From the NCBI GenBank assembly GCA_024626585.2, contig JANKJI020000002.1:197669101-197689290 (forward strand): a stretch of DNA of 20,190 nt. Direction: 5' to 3'. The stretch comes from Ginkgo biloba (lineage: Eukaryota; Plantae; Ginkgophyta). Numbering within the stretch: position 1 is the first letter of the stretch; every line of letters begins with the position of its first letter. Under the pieces are notes generated by a model that ran no database searches, was not told the origin of the DNA, and was given only the letters and a program-made list of their open reading frames with translations. Of the stretch, positions 1-10,366 are shown one piece after another. The translations under genes were made by a program, and so were the position numbers.

Positions 1-420
1 GTGCCTCCCAGTTAATTGGGCTAGTCATTCTGGTTGAACTGGGTGGAGAAGTTTTTTCTCCAGCTTATAGAGAAATATTTCATGCTAAAGTATCTTATGG
101 GTTTTTATACCCATTTATTAAAATACTCCACTACCATGATAATTTATTAATGTCTTATACTAATAAGAGGATCAAAAGGTCCCATAAAATTGATACCCTA
201 TTTAGTAAAAGGGAATTATATTAGTTCTAATGAGATGAAATATTCAGTTAAATACACATGAGATTTGTAGTTCCTTGATTGTTAGTATTATTATTTAGAT
301 GTTCATGTTATGTGAACATTAGGTATGGCATTTTCTTAAATGTGAAACTGACATCAATTTAATGACTCTACTCTCTTTTGATAATTGAATTTAACCTTCA
401 TGAAGAAATTTAAATTCTCC
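1..420 (-). pseudogene. Ty3/gypsy integrase remnant (zinc-binding HHCC region plus start of rve core)
   Basis: Minus-strand translation from 215: FPFTK*GINFMGPFDPLISIRH**IIMVVEYFNKWV*KP, matching gypsy consensus WPFxxWGIDxxGPxxPxxxxxxYIxVAVEYFTKWVEAxP. Upstream are FLHEG* (~410-392; consensus xHEGxCG) and LRKCHT* (~339-319; consensus VxxCxxCQ). Confidence 0.85.
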
Positions 421-1126
421 AAATAATGTATAGGCTATAACACACATTTTTTTAATCTATGGACAACCCAACAAAATATTATATTGAAGATCTTAGTCTA
501 TAATTTCCACTTTTATAGTAACCATTTTTAGATCCAAGGTCTTTCTAATATGGGATTTCTTTGATTTTTCATATCCTTGACACACATGAGATTTTGGTTT
601 AAGGTTTTGAATCTATTATTATCTCATAAATAAATCCAATAAAATATGAACTAATAATTCAAAATTAATAATTCATCTTTTTACCTCAAATTCCTTAATC
701 CCTACTTAGATGTAAAAAGGAGAGGAAATATTCCTTATAATCTCTTACTTATTAGAAAGGTTATCTAGGTTAATTATAAATAGTGGTTTGTTGAAAAGGG
801 GGGTTTATTCTCCTAGAGATATTAAGAAGTGTGTCTTTTATCTATGATAGCTCTTTANNNNNNNNNNNNNNNNNNNNNNNNNNNNNNNNNNNNNNNNNNN
901 NNNNNNNNNNNNGTCAATAACAGAGTATGATTTCCCTTTTGATTATTATGGAAGAGGTATTCAAAATTCAACTCTTATTATCCTCCCAAGCATTATTTTT
1001 TAAAATATGGTTTTTGGACAATAATATGAGGAGCTTATGATTATGGTTGTGTTTTTTTTGTGAAGGAGAAGGTTTCATTTTTTATCTTTATGATGAAATG
1101 GATTCAAGAACCTCCATTTATTCTTG

Positions 1127-1775
1127 NNNNNNNNNNNNNNNNNNNNNNNNNNNNNNNNNNNNNNNNNNNNNNNNNNNNNNNNNNNNNNNNNNNNNNNNNN
1201 NNNNNNNNNNNNNNNNNNNNNNNNNNNNNNNNNNNNNNNNNNNNNNNNNNNNNNNNNNNNNNNNNNNNNNNNNNNNNNNNNNNNNNNNNNNNNNNNNNNN
1301 NNNNNNNNNNNNNNNNNNNNNNNNNNNNNNNNNNNNNNNNNNNNNNNNNNNNNNNNNNNNNNNNNNNNNNNNNNNNNNNNNNNNNNNNNNNNNNNNNNNN
1401 NNNNNNNNNNNNNNNNNNNNNNNNNNNNNNNNNNNNNNNNNNNNNNNNNNNNNNNNNNNNNNNNNNNNNNNNNNNNNNNNNNNNNNNNNNNNNNNNNNNN
1501 NNNNNNNNNNNNNNNNNNNNNNNNNNNNNNNNNNNNNNNNNNNNNNNNNNNNNNNNNNNNNNNNNNNNNNNNNNNNNNNNNNNNNNNNNNNNNNNNNNNN
1601 NNNNNNNNNNNNNNNNNNNNNNNNNNNNNNNNNNNNNNNNNNNNNNNNNNNNNNNNNNNNNNNNNNNNNNNNNNNNNNNNNNNNNNNNNNNNNNNNNNNN
1701 NNNNNNNNNNNNNNNNNNNNNNNNNNNNNNNNNNNNNNNNNNNNNNNNNNNNNNNNNNNNNNNNNNNNNNNNNNN
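1127..1775. other. Largest of 15 assembly gaps (649 N)
   Basis: N-run. Other gaps: 858-912, 2023-2041, 3806-3905, 4132-4190, 5301-5400, 7589-7688, 10609-10708, 12159-12225, 12675-12695, 12933-13052, 13344-13394, 15045-15144, 16944-17043, 17954-18049. Confidence 0.99.
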
Positions 1776-1879
1776 ATAGGTTATGGGATCTAGCACTTTA
1801 TCTTGTTAGGTGGTGGGGTTCTTGGTGGTTATAATCCCATCACTAGTGGCATTTAATTTCTCATGGAATGAATTCCAGT

Positions 1880-2465
1880 TGAGTATTTTGATGGTGGCTT
1901 GACTCCTAATTAAATATCATATGATTTAGTAATTACACAGTTGTCAATTACATCCTCATAGGATGTGAGACCTATATTAAGGACTTATAGGTGAACTTGG
2001 GTTCTAAGTGAATTCATGAATANNNNNNNNNNNNNNNNNNNCAGAGTCAATATATATAGAATGATATTATATATAAATGCATCAAATATTTGAATATTTA
2101 TATGAATTCAAAGTTAGATTCATTATGAACTTATTTTAGAATGAAAAGGGTTCTAAGTCTGATATCATATGGCTTTTTAACATCAAAGCACATTATAAAA
2201 AGATATATTAGTTACTGAAAAGTGAAGATTAATTTCTTAGAATCCCATAAAACTATTTAATCACTTTTCCAGTGAGTGAGCAAGGGAACATTTTTAAGAC
2301 CAAGTCATTATAGGACATATCTTCTACATAAGCTAGTGCATAGGAATCTACATAAGAAACAAGATCAAATCCTAGAGACTGATATAACATTGGAAGATTA
2401 GGCATGGTATGTATAATTATAGACAATGTAGTTTCCATTGACATGGTATTCTTCATGTAACTCAT
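1880..2465 (-). pseudogene. Retrotransposon gag (Retrotrans_gag-like) remnant
   Basis: ORF 2253-2465 ends DLVLKMFPCSLTGKVIK* and reads through as *FYGILRN*SSLFQ*LIYLFIMCF (consensus KLFPxSLxGxAxxWFxxLPxxSIxxFxxLxxxFxxxF). Further on is FMNSLRTQVHL*VLNIGLTSYEDVIDNC (~2020-1935). Confidence 0.8.
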
Positions 2466-5400
2466 AAAGGATTTCCTAAATATTTCATTTGTTTAATGAA
2501 TTCTTTTAGAGGTTAGTTTCTAATGTTTGTTTGTGACAGGTTGGGTTATTGAAGACTAATATATTTAGTTTGATATTATGGTGGGGGTGTTTGTGTAAAG
2601 TTTTTTAATGTATTTTATGATTTTTTTATGTAAAAATGATGCCCTTTCACTACTCCAAGTTGCATGGGAATTTGTATCATATGGGGTGCACAAAGGGATT
2701 ATTTGAATGGAGGTTGTTATTATGGGATGATTGTATGATTTTGTATTGGTATATATGTTATCCATAATGTGAATTATGTGGGGTGTGATATGGAACAAAC
2801 AAATTATTAAGAAATATATTATTGATGAGTAAATATATACCCACTTTAATGAGTAGGGTTTAGTGGGATATCTTATTGGAAGGAAACTTAATGAGCACCA
2901 AATGGTGATTGTTGTGTAAAACTTTCTTTTTGTGACAAATTAGGTTGATTTGTAGATGATTATATTAAGAGTTGAGATGAAATTCTAAATTTTTAATATG
3001 CTTGGGTGTTTTTAAGTGAAATTCATTATTATGAAAATTAGTTTATAGTTTTTATTGGAATTATAATACTTGATATAAAGAGTGTATTGTGGGGTTTGAA
3101 TTGTTTGTACTTATTGATCAAACACCATGTATGGTATCCAATGTATGGGTCAATGTGTTAAATATATTTTGTTCATTTGGATAATTAATCATTAATCCTT
3201 GTAATGAGTTATTAATTTGTCTTGAATGCTAATAATGCCTTGAGGAAGGATGGTGTGATGGTATGGGTATATGGTAATAAGTGTGAAATTTGAAGAATTG
3301 TACCAACTCTTAACTGAATGGGAATCAAAAATTCTAATGTTGTCTAATAAGTGGATTGTAATTCTATATTCATGGATTTAGGATTTTGTCTATGAAATAA
3401 TTTTTTAATGTAAGGTACACTAATCTCATATTCCTCTTCATATACTATGGAGGGAGTAAGAGTGTTTTGGGATGAATAGTATATGGGTGGGAAGTTATCC
3501 ATTCATGTAAATCCTAAACTTTATAAGTGTAGTCTTTGTGGTTGGGAATGTCTCCTCATTATTAACATTGTCACCTCAACATGTTCAAGACATAATCTTT
3601 GTAATTTTATTGTTTGGTGGACCTCCTTAGGGTAGGAAGATTGAGGATCATTCAATAGGTCTATGATGAATGATGAAATTTTAATTTTGATTTTAACTTT
3701 AATCAAAATATAAAATCTAATAAGGTGAACGTGCTTAACCTAGACTCAAAAAATATAAGGGAATGATAACATAATTTTTCTACTTGTTTTTATGTGTGTA
3801 GTCTCNNNNNNNNNNNNNNNNNNNNNNNNNNNNNNNNNNNNNNNNNNNNNNNNNNNNNNNNNNNNNNNNNNNNNNNNNNNNNNNNNNNNNNNNNNNNNNN
3901 NNNNNATTCTCATACTAGACCAAAGGAGGAGGTGTGTATGTTAGTTTACCATGCACTTGGTTTCTTACAATTATTTTTTCATCAATTCTTGGTAAGTTAA
4001 CATGTGTTAAATCACGAGGAAAGTGATGTTGACGTTCAAACTGAGGTTAAGGGCTCCTTGATGAGATGACACCCTCATGACATGAAACACTCCTTGAAGA
4101 TTCTTAATAGGTCCATTATGATTAAGTGTGANNNNNNNNNNNNNNNNNNNNNNNNNNNNNNNNNNNNNNNNNNNNNNNNNNNNNNNNNNNTTTAATTCCT
4201 TAGTAGCATAAACTATCTAAGTCTCTACAAATCCACTATGGCTATGTGAATTTTTTTTTAAATCATTGAATTTGGTGAAAAACTTAAGTTTGGGATTGAT
4301 ACTACTCTCAACATTATTTATTTATGCATTAATCTATGTAATTCTATGCACTAAGTCAACACACCATCTAAAATCACACTAATGAGTGGTCCATCGTGTA
4401 TTATGCAAAAACTCAATTTTTTAAAAAATTCATAAATAAAAATTATTGTGAAAAAATTAAATGAACATTCTTCATGTTAAATTTGAATGGTTTAGATCTT
4501 GATAGAATATTATTTGTCTAAGAAGATCACTTCTAGAGTGAGTTGGAGACCTATAATAACAAGAGAGATCTAGACTGTTTTATATGAAATATGGAATGTA
4601 TACATTGTTATGTAATATCTATTCTTATTACATAATATGAGCCTTAAATTGTTACTTCAAGAGTCATAATCCAACTTTTTATTGCATTAATTTATACTAG
4701 ACTCCCATTTTTTTATATTACACAACTCAAGTGCGGTTACTTATTCTCCTATTCTTCTTCTATCCCCATATTATTAACATCTAAGGTTATTTATTCTATT
4801 ATTAATATTCAATATGTCTTTGCAACTCCCTCAATGCTTATCAACCAAATCTATTTCAAATTATATAAGCATTGTTATGAGTGCAACTAGAAAAGGTGTT
4901 ATGGTTGCCTCAATTAGAAGAGAAAAATCCCAACAAAGTAAATAGACCTATAAGACTAGAAATGTATGGTGTGCCAAGCTCAAATATTCATCTACTATTA
5001 AATTTAATATATTTTTTGAGTACTCATGCTATTAATATCTAGGAGAAAATTAGGAGTGAGAAGGACAACCACCATTTTCTTAGGAGTGACAAAAAAATGG
5101 TGGAAAGGAAAAAACTAAATTTGTGGATAACCCTATTTATTGAAAGACTAAGAAAATCCTAAAAGGTTAGTCTAAACCACCCTAGGGGATGTCCCTAGGT
5201 GGTAGCAAGATCACTTGCCCACTTTTCCTTTATATTTTAGAAACACATTTCATTAAAAAATGGTGTTTTTGTCCCTTCAATGGCATATAAGTCATACTTA
5301 NNNNNNNNNNNNNNNNNNNNNNNNNNNNNNNNNNNNNNNNNNNNNNNNNNNNNNNNNNNNNNNNNNNNNNNNNNNNNNNNNNNNNNNNNNNNNNNNNNNN

Positions 5401-5904
5401 AGATCCTCATTTACTTATAGGTTACCACTATTGTCTTCCATACCATTCTTTAGATCAATATTCTTTGTCCTATTTATAGTCATCTCTTTCAAAAGGTTGG
5501 CTCAAATGGAGGTAAAAAAGGAATTTAGATTTTGGAAGAGTTACAGGGATGTACTAAAAGGAGCATGGCAACACCCCTTTTTCATACAACATGAAGTATA
5601 TACCTAACCACATTCTTCAATTATGATTTTCTAGTATTATGTTTCAAATTATATAGAAAAAAAAATGTTTATTTAATTTTAATTAAATAACTAAAATAAA
5701 ATTGGAGAAGAAATTATGATCTTTACTTTATTTTATCCTTTAGTCTAATATAAGATTCTTTATCAAACCCATTAATCATAAAATCTCTATAATATGTCAA
5801 ATGATGGAATTCAGATTTGATGTTGGTATATATCATATTTGATTTCCCATGAGGATCTTATAAGATTTGGCTACATACAAGTTCTGATTACAACTAGGAC
5901 AAGG

Positions 5905-7588
5905 TGTCAGGGGTGAAACCTCCCTTCAAAAAAATGCAACATCCATAATAGTTGCAACACATTTATAGGTTAAATTATCTATGGCCATAATTGCTTTAAC
6001 AAATATAGAAATCATTGATTTGTTCGATTGATTTGCATCGTCACTCCCTTGAAAAAAGAGTAGCATTCAGTGCAAGCAATAAAATTCCATTGATCTGCAT
6101 CCATGTTGCACATGGGTTCACAACAGATTTATAAATTCTCCTAATAAGCCAACTACTAGAACATTCTCGCTTCTTGAATTTTGAATGTTTATATGTTTCT
6201 TCCAAAAAACTTAAAATTTGGAGCCTTATTCCCTGTTTACATTAACAAAACACATCAATGAATGAAACCAAGCAGCATAGAGTGGAACACACAACCAAGA
6301 GGGTGCACCAAGGAGGGTAGATACAATTGATAAAGCTTTCTAAGCTAGTTTGTGGAGGATAAATAATTGCACTAAGGATAGAAATCGAACATAGAGAAGG
6401 AAGGAGAGGTCAGTTGGAGAGAGAGAGAGCACATAGAGAGAGGAGGAATCGGTCTCTCCAATATTAGCAAGTTCCTTTAGGGAATAATTCTACATCTGGG
6501 ACTTAGGAGAACCAAGGGGCCCCTAGTGGATTTTGTGCAGTCTTAACGCTATCAAGATGATCACAAAGGAGGTCCAAGAGGATGCCCAAGGATCAATGGA
6601 CCCACAACTCCTAGAAACCTTTCACTCTCCTCGTATGATAAGGAAATATAAAATGATCTAAGATGGTGGTGCATCCCTTAAGGGGCCCATAGTGTTATGA
6701 AAATATTATTAAAGCATGTGTGTCAAAGAGGGAAAAAAAAGGAGTGGATCTGGGCATCCTTTCGGTCCTGGTGCGATCACTAAAACTCAAAGGACCCAAT
6801 AAGGAAAGCCATTAAAGGATAAAATTCTCCATAGACTCAAAAACATCATGCGATATGGCATAATGAGGGAGGAGTAAGTCATTCCTATTCCTAGGAGAAA
6901 AATTTAGTCCTTGTTCATTAAGGGAGAAAAATATATCCAAGAGGTTACACCATCCAAGGGACCCACAATGTGCCTTAAACATATTTGAAGCACATGCTAT
7001 AGGGTGAGGCAAGAGATTCTCTTGGTATACTTTCACATTCCTTGTGCTACCAAAAGGGATTAAATGACCAAGGAGGAATAGAAATCTAGGAAGACTTCTC
7101 TTGGTTATCTTTCATCATCCTTGTGCATCGAAAAAGGATAAAAGAATCTAGGGGAGTGTGCATTCCTAAAGGGATCCACAATATCATTAAGGTGAACTCA
7201 AAATACATGAATCAAGGAGAATCCAAGACTCTTTATAGTCTTGGTATACTTCCATGGTCCTGGTGTGATCAAGGAAACTTAAAGGACTTGGGAGAGTTCA
7301 CATCCCTTGATGGGACCATGGCACTATTAAAATATAAGCACATGCACCAAAAGGAGAGATAGAATCACTCTCGATGGCTTTGTGCATTCCTTGGATGATA
7401 ACGAAGATTCAAAGGGCCTAGGAGGCATACACGTACCATGGAATGATATCAACAACTAAACTCAGAAGACGTAGGTCAAGGAAGGTCCATGACGAAAGAG
7501 GTTGATGTAACCCACTTGGTAGGAGTTTATGAGGCCATGACCCTCATGTGCATTGCAGAAGCAATTTTATATAACCAAGGGAGTCATC
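5905..7588 (-). mobile_element. LTR-like segment (possibly the distal part of the 3' LTR of the 7689-10608 element, or a separate LTR)
   Basis: Non-coding and more GC-rich than the left flank, with a compositional step near 5900. On the minus strand it has TATATAAA (~7573-7566), internal tandem subrepeats, a (CT)n tract (6417-6429) and a terminal ...GGTTTCACCCCTGACA at 5905. It is separated from 7689 by a 100-N gap and no paired LTR is visible. Confidence 0.4.
6608..7450. repeat. Degenerate tandem array, ~130-140 bp unit (some partial copies)
   Basis: Anchor CTTGGTATACTTTCA-like at 7021, 7100 and 7240, weaker at ~6610, ~6750 and ~7370. It is followed by CCTTGTG/CCTGGTG...AAAGGA/AAATGA...GTGCATCCCT..GGGACCCAC...TTAA...AAGCACATG (second half seen at ~6669-6720, ~6950-6997, ~7158-7209 and ~7300-7345). 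Confidence 0.7.
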
Positions 7589-7688
7589 NNNNNNNNNNNN
7601 NNNNNNNNNNNNNNNNNNNNNNNNNNNNNNNNNNNNNNNNNNNNNNNNNNNNNNNNNNNNNNNNNNNNNNNNNNNNNNNNNNNNNNNN

Positions 7689-8442
7689 TACTTACCAAGT
7701 ATGGCCTCCCTTCTCTCAGGCCTAATTCCCTTTATTTTTATTTGGAGATCCTTGATCCTTGTTATCTACCCTCATCCTTACATACCTACTCTTTTTCCTC
7801 CCTGCCCAATTCCAAAATTCCCTTTCAACTATGCCAAAACTCTCTAAGCTATCGCATGATTCACTTCCACCTACCACCATTGATTCTTGAAGTTCTTCCT
7901 CCAAAAATCCTTACCTACCACTAATTAATTAAAATTATTTTTTGGGATCTTTAATGCCCTTTAAAATACACTATAGTTTCTTTAAAATTGACTACACGAG
8001 CCAATTGTTAAATTTGCCTTATCTATTTTTATTTCTCATGGGTCTATTTTCCTTCAGTCATTCAACATATTTTATCAGCATTCGATGAATAATAACTATT
8101 ATCCCTTTTCCTTCATCTATTTTATGATCATTAAACTATGTTCAATGAATGATAATTGTTGTTTGTCGACTCATTTATCATTGTTCATCAGCCTTCCATT
8201 GCCTATTCACTAAATCTATTTTGGTAGTTCACCATAATTGTTTCTTCTCTTTTCAGGGGTATATTCCACTTGTTCTTTTTTTGTATAATTTATAAGTTAA
8301 TTTTCTCCTCTTCTCCTCCATTTGACCCTTCATTTATTTTTTGGCCTATTCTTCACCCATTTTCCCAAAATCAAGGTTGTTTGCTCACAAAATGGTTGAC
8401 GCCACTACCTGTCTACAAAACTATGAGGATGTGCCTGCATTA
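7689..8442 (-). repeat. Proximal part of 3' LTR of the CRM-like element
   Basis: Begins right after the PPT with T(G>A)ATG, is non-coding and runs into the N-gap at 7688. The 5' LTR is not visible for comparison. Confidence 0.55.
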
Positions 8443-8452
8443 TTCTCCCCTT
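8443..8452 (-). promoter_or_regulatory. Polypurine tract (PPT)
   Basis: Minus strand AAGGGGAGAA immediately followed by TAATGCAGG, which resembles the CRM-type GGGGAGAA|TGATG PPT/LTR junction with one G>A change. Confidence 0.65.
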
Positions 8453-8520
8453 ATTATAAAATTTTCATGATCTCTTGCTCATCCTCTTCTTCTTATCTCT
8501 TCTCTCATTCACCCAACACC

Positions 8521-8605
8521 TTCAATTTGCTTTCAGTGATCCCAATTATGTCCTCTAGCTACAATCTCCTTCCACTTCACCTTATACTTCTGGGTACTTC
8601 TTTCT
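8521..8605 (-). pseudogene. Chromodomain-like remnant (integrase C-terminal targeting domain)
   Basis: RKKY /fs/ QKYKVKWK /fs/ RL*LEDIIGITESKLK versus chromovirus consensus YxEYLVKWKGxPxEDATWxxExxL. It lies ~70 bp upstream of the PPT, the expected position. Confidence 0.65.
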
Positions 8606-8699
8606 AGCCATTATTCCACTTCTTCTTCCACCTATTCCCAATGTTCCACCAATTCCTCTGCTGCCATCCATAACTTTTTGCCACATCTAAACCTTTTCT

Positions 8700-9861
8700 T
8701 TCTCCACTACACCTACATCCACATCATCCTCTTCAACTACCTTCTCCTTATGAGGTATATTTTGGCTATCTTTTCCACCTGCAAAAATGTCAAACTTGTA
8801 TAATTTCTCTTCACAATTTTCTCTTTATTCTTTATCCTCTATTTTCTTCCATTCCCTTTATTCACTTGTCCAATTCCCATTTGGACTGCTCATCAACCTC
8901 CATTGGTCATTTTCTCACCACTAAGTATTTGTTTGTTGACATCTCTTAGTCATTTGTCCACTCCTCTTTTGACCGTTCATCCAACTTGTTATCATCTTCC
9001 TTAGCTTCCTCACTCTTCTAAATTTATAGCTCTCTAGGATCTCCATTGGCCTTCACATATCCATCAACATCATCACCATTAACTATAACATCCTCTTCAA
9101 CATAATAATCATCCTTATCAACCTTCTATTCTATTTTTCAGTCTCCTTACTACCTTCATCGTCTTCTTTTACTTTCTTCTTTATATCCTCAGAGGGAATC
9201 TCCAAGCTATCACCTACAAAAAAATTATAAAAAATAATTCCTTTTCAAGGATCTTTATACCTTCTTCCTTCTTTGTATTTCCAATAGGCATATCCTCGAT
9301 GTCTACTCCATCCAAAAGCACCTCATCGCCATCATAGGAAACATCCATTATTTTCTTCGCTTCAACCACTATTTTACCAACCATAAACTTCAAATGTGGT
9401 TGTGACCCACAAATTATTCTTTCATCATTTTGTCCCTCATATAGGATCTTGCTAAACTCTTCACATAGAGATTCATCAATCTTATCTTTTTCCTTCTCTT
9501 CTTTTGGTTCTTCCCATGAACCCTCACCTTGCTCCTTCTCATCTTGTCCCTGTACGGGCTCCTCGTGTAATCTTTCCATAGACTCCTCCAAATTTTCTCC
9601 CCTCTCTTGCTCACATAGTATCAAGTCCTCTGCATCGCTTGCATACTGTTCAATATCCAATGGCCCTTCCTTGGGTCCTTCCTCTTTCTGTCCTTCACAC
9701 AAGACCTTCTCGCATTCCATCTCATCATGCCCACGCACGGGCTCATATGGAAGCTTCTCCACTACTTCCTCTGCATTCTCTGTCAATGGGGCATAACATG
9801 CTCCCTTCACCGATTCTTCCTCATCACGCCCTTCCACGGGATCACACCTCACAGGCCTTGA
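8700..9861 (-). pseudogene. Glu/Asp/Lys-rich low-complexity coding region fused in frame to truncated gag
   Basis: ORF 9214-9918 continues open for ~215 codons after gag DYE, with repeats DPVEGRDEE, EPVRGHDEM, EGQKEE, EPVQGQDEK and EGQNDE. Acidic, purine-rich reading with stops continues to ~8700. Confidence 0.6.
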
Positions 9862-10366
9862 TTCATAATCAACAGGCATGAATCTTCCCTTGATCCTGGC
9901 AACCATCTTCCTCCACATTTTAATCTCTCTTTTCCTCTTCTCACTCTATCCTCTTGCAAATGCTTCCACCAGACGACTACGCTCCCCTTCAACTTCATAC
10001 ACGCATACTTCACCCTCTTGGGTCTGCAATCTTCTTCTGCTCAAAACACCTCTCCATGGTATCAATCCATTCCAATAACTCTTCGGGCCCTAGGCCTCCT
10101 TCGAAGACTGGTACCTCCACTTCGATCGTCATCTGAGCCTCATATGCTCCATCCATCTGCATAGTCTTCACCCTCTCTCTGGTTATCAGTTTCTCCTAAT
10201 GGGGTTTCTCCACTTGTTTCTTTCCTCCCATTTTCTTCAACAAAGCTCACAACTTCTCTTCTTGTAGGATCCTTCGTCCTTCTTCCATCTCCCTAATTCA
10301 CCTCCCCAGGGCTTATATTTCACTATTGATCACTGCCAACCCTCTATTGTCCATTCTCGCTGCCAT
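9862..10366 (-). pseudogene. CRM/chromovirus-type gag, N-terminal half (4 in-frame stops, 2 frameshifts)
   Basis: MAARMDNRG...MTIEVEVPVFEGGLGPEELLEWIDTMERCFEQKKIADP /fs ~10020/ KRVKYACMKLKGSVVVWWKHLQEDRVRRGKE /fs ~9925/ IKMWRKMVARIKGRFMPVDYE. This matches CRM-type gag consensus PxFxGxxxPEExLDWxxxMExxF...KVKxAxxKLKGxAxxWW...RxRRGKxxIxTWxxMxxxLKxxFLPxDY. Confidence 0.9.

Larger units (their letters stand above)
1..3785 (-). mobile_element. Highly decayed Ty3/gypsy LTR retrotransposon internal region (non-chromovirus, Tat/Athila/Ogre-like)
   Basis: Co-oriented minus-strand gag remnant (~2465->1880) and integrase remnant (~420->1) in gypsy order. 2466-3785 is C/A-rich on the minus strand, consistent with a decayed Pro/Thr/Gln/Asn-rich gag N-terminus. 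The right boundary is approximate and the region is interrupted by N-gaps. Confidence 0.6.

Noticed and set aside
1047-1834. Four long ORFs of 230-248 aa
   Set aside because: Almost entirely X residues from the 649-N gap, so they are artefacts. The same applies to ORFs spanning gaps at 3794, 5260, 7489, 7553 and 10540.
5401-5607. Plus-strand open frame (..FWKSYRDVLKGAWQHPFF..)
   Set aside because: Short, adjacent to a gap, and without a recognisable domain.
5740-5900. Possible resumption of LINE RT (minus-strand SYKIL ... NGFDK)
   Set aside because: Spacing is ~31 codons versus ~25 expected, and there are no flanking RPIxL or DFxKAFD motifs. Insufficient evidence.
6608-7450. CRISPR-like interpretation of this array and of 15145-15760
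   Set aside because: Repeats are highly degenerate, intervening sequences are homologous to each other, there are no cas genes, and the context is eukaryotic TE DNA.
9449-10136. Plus-strand Ser/Pro/Leu-rich ORFs (9449-9796, 9639-9881, 9878-10078, 9954-10136)
   Set aside because: Antisense shadows of the purine-rich gag/acidic reading frame on the minus strand.
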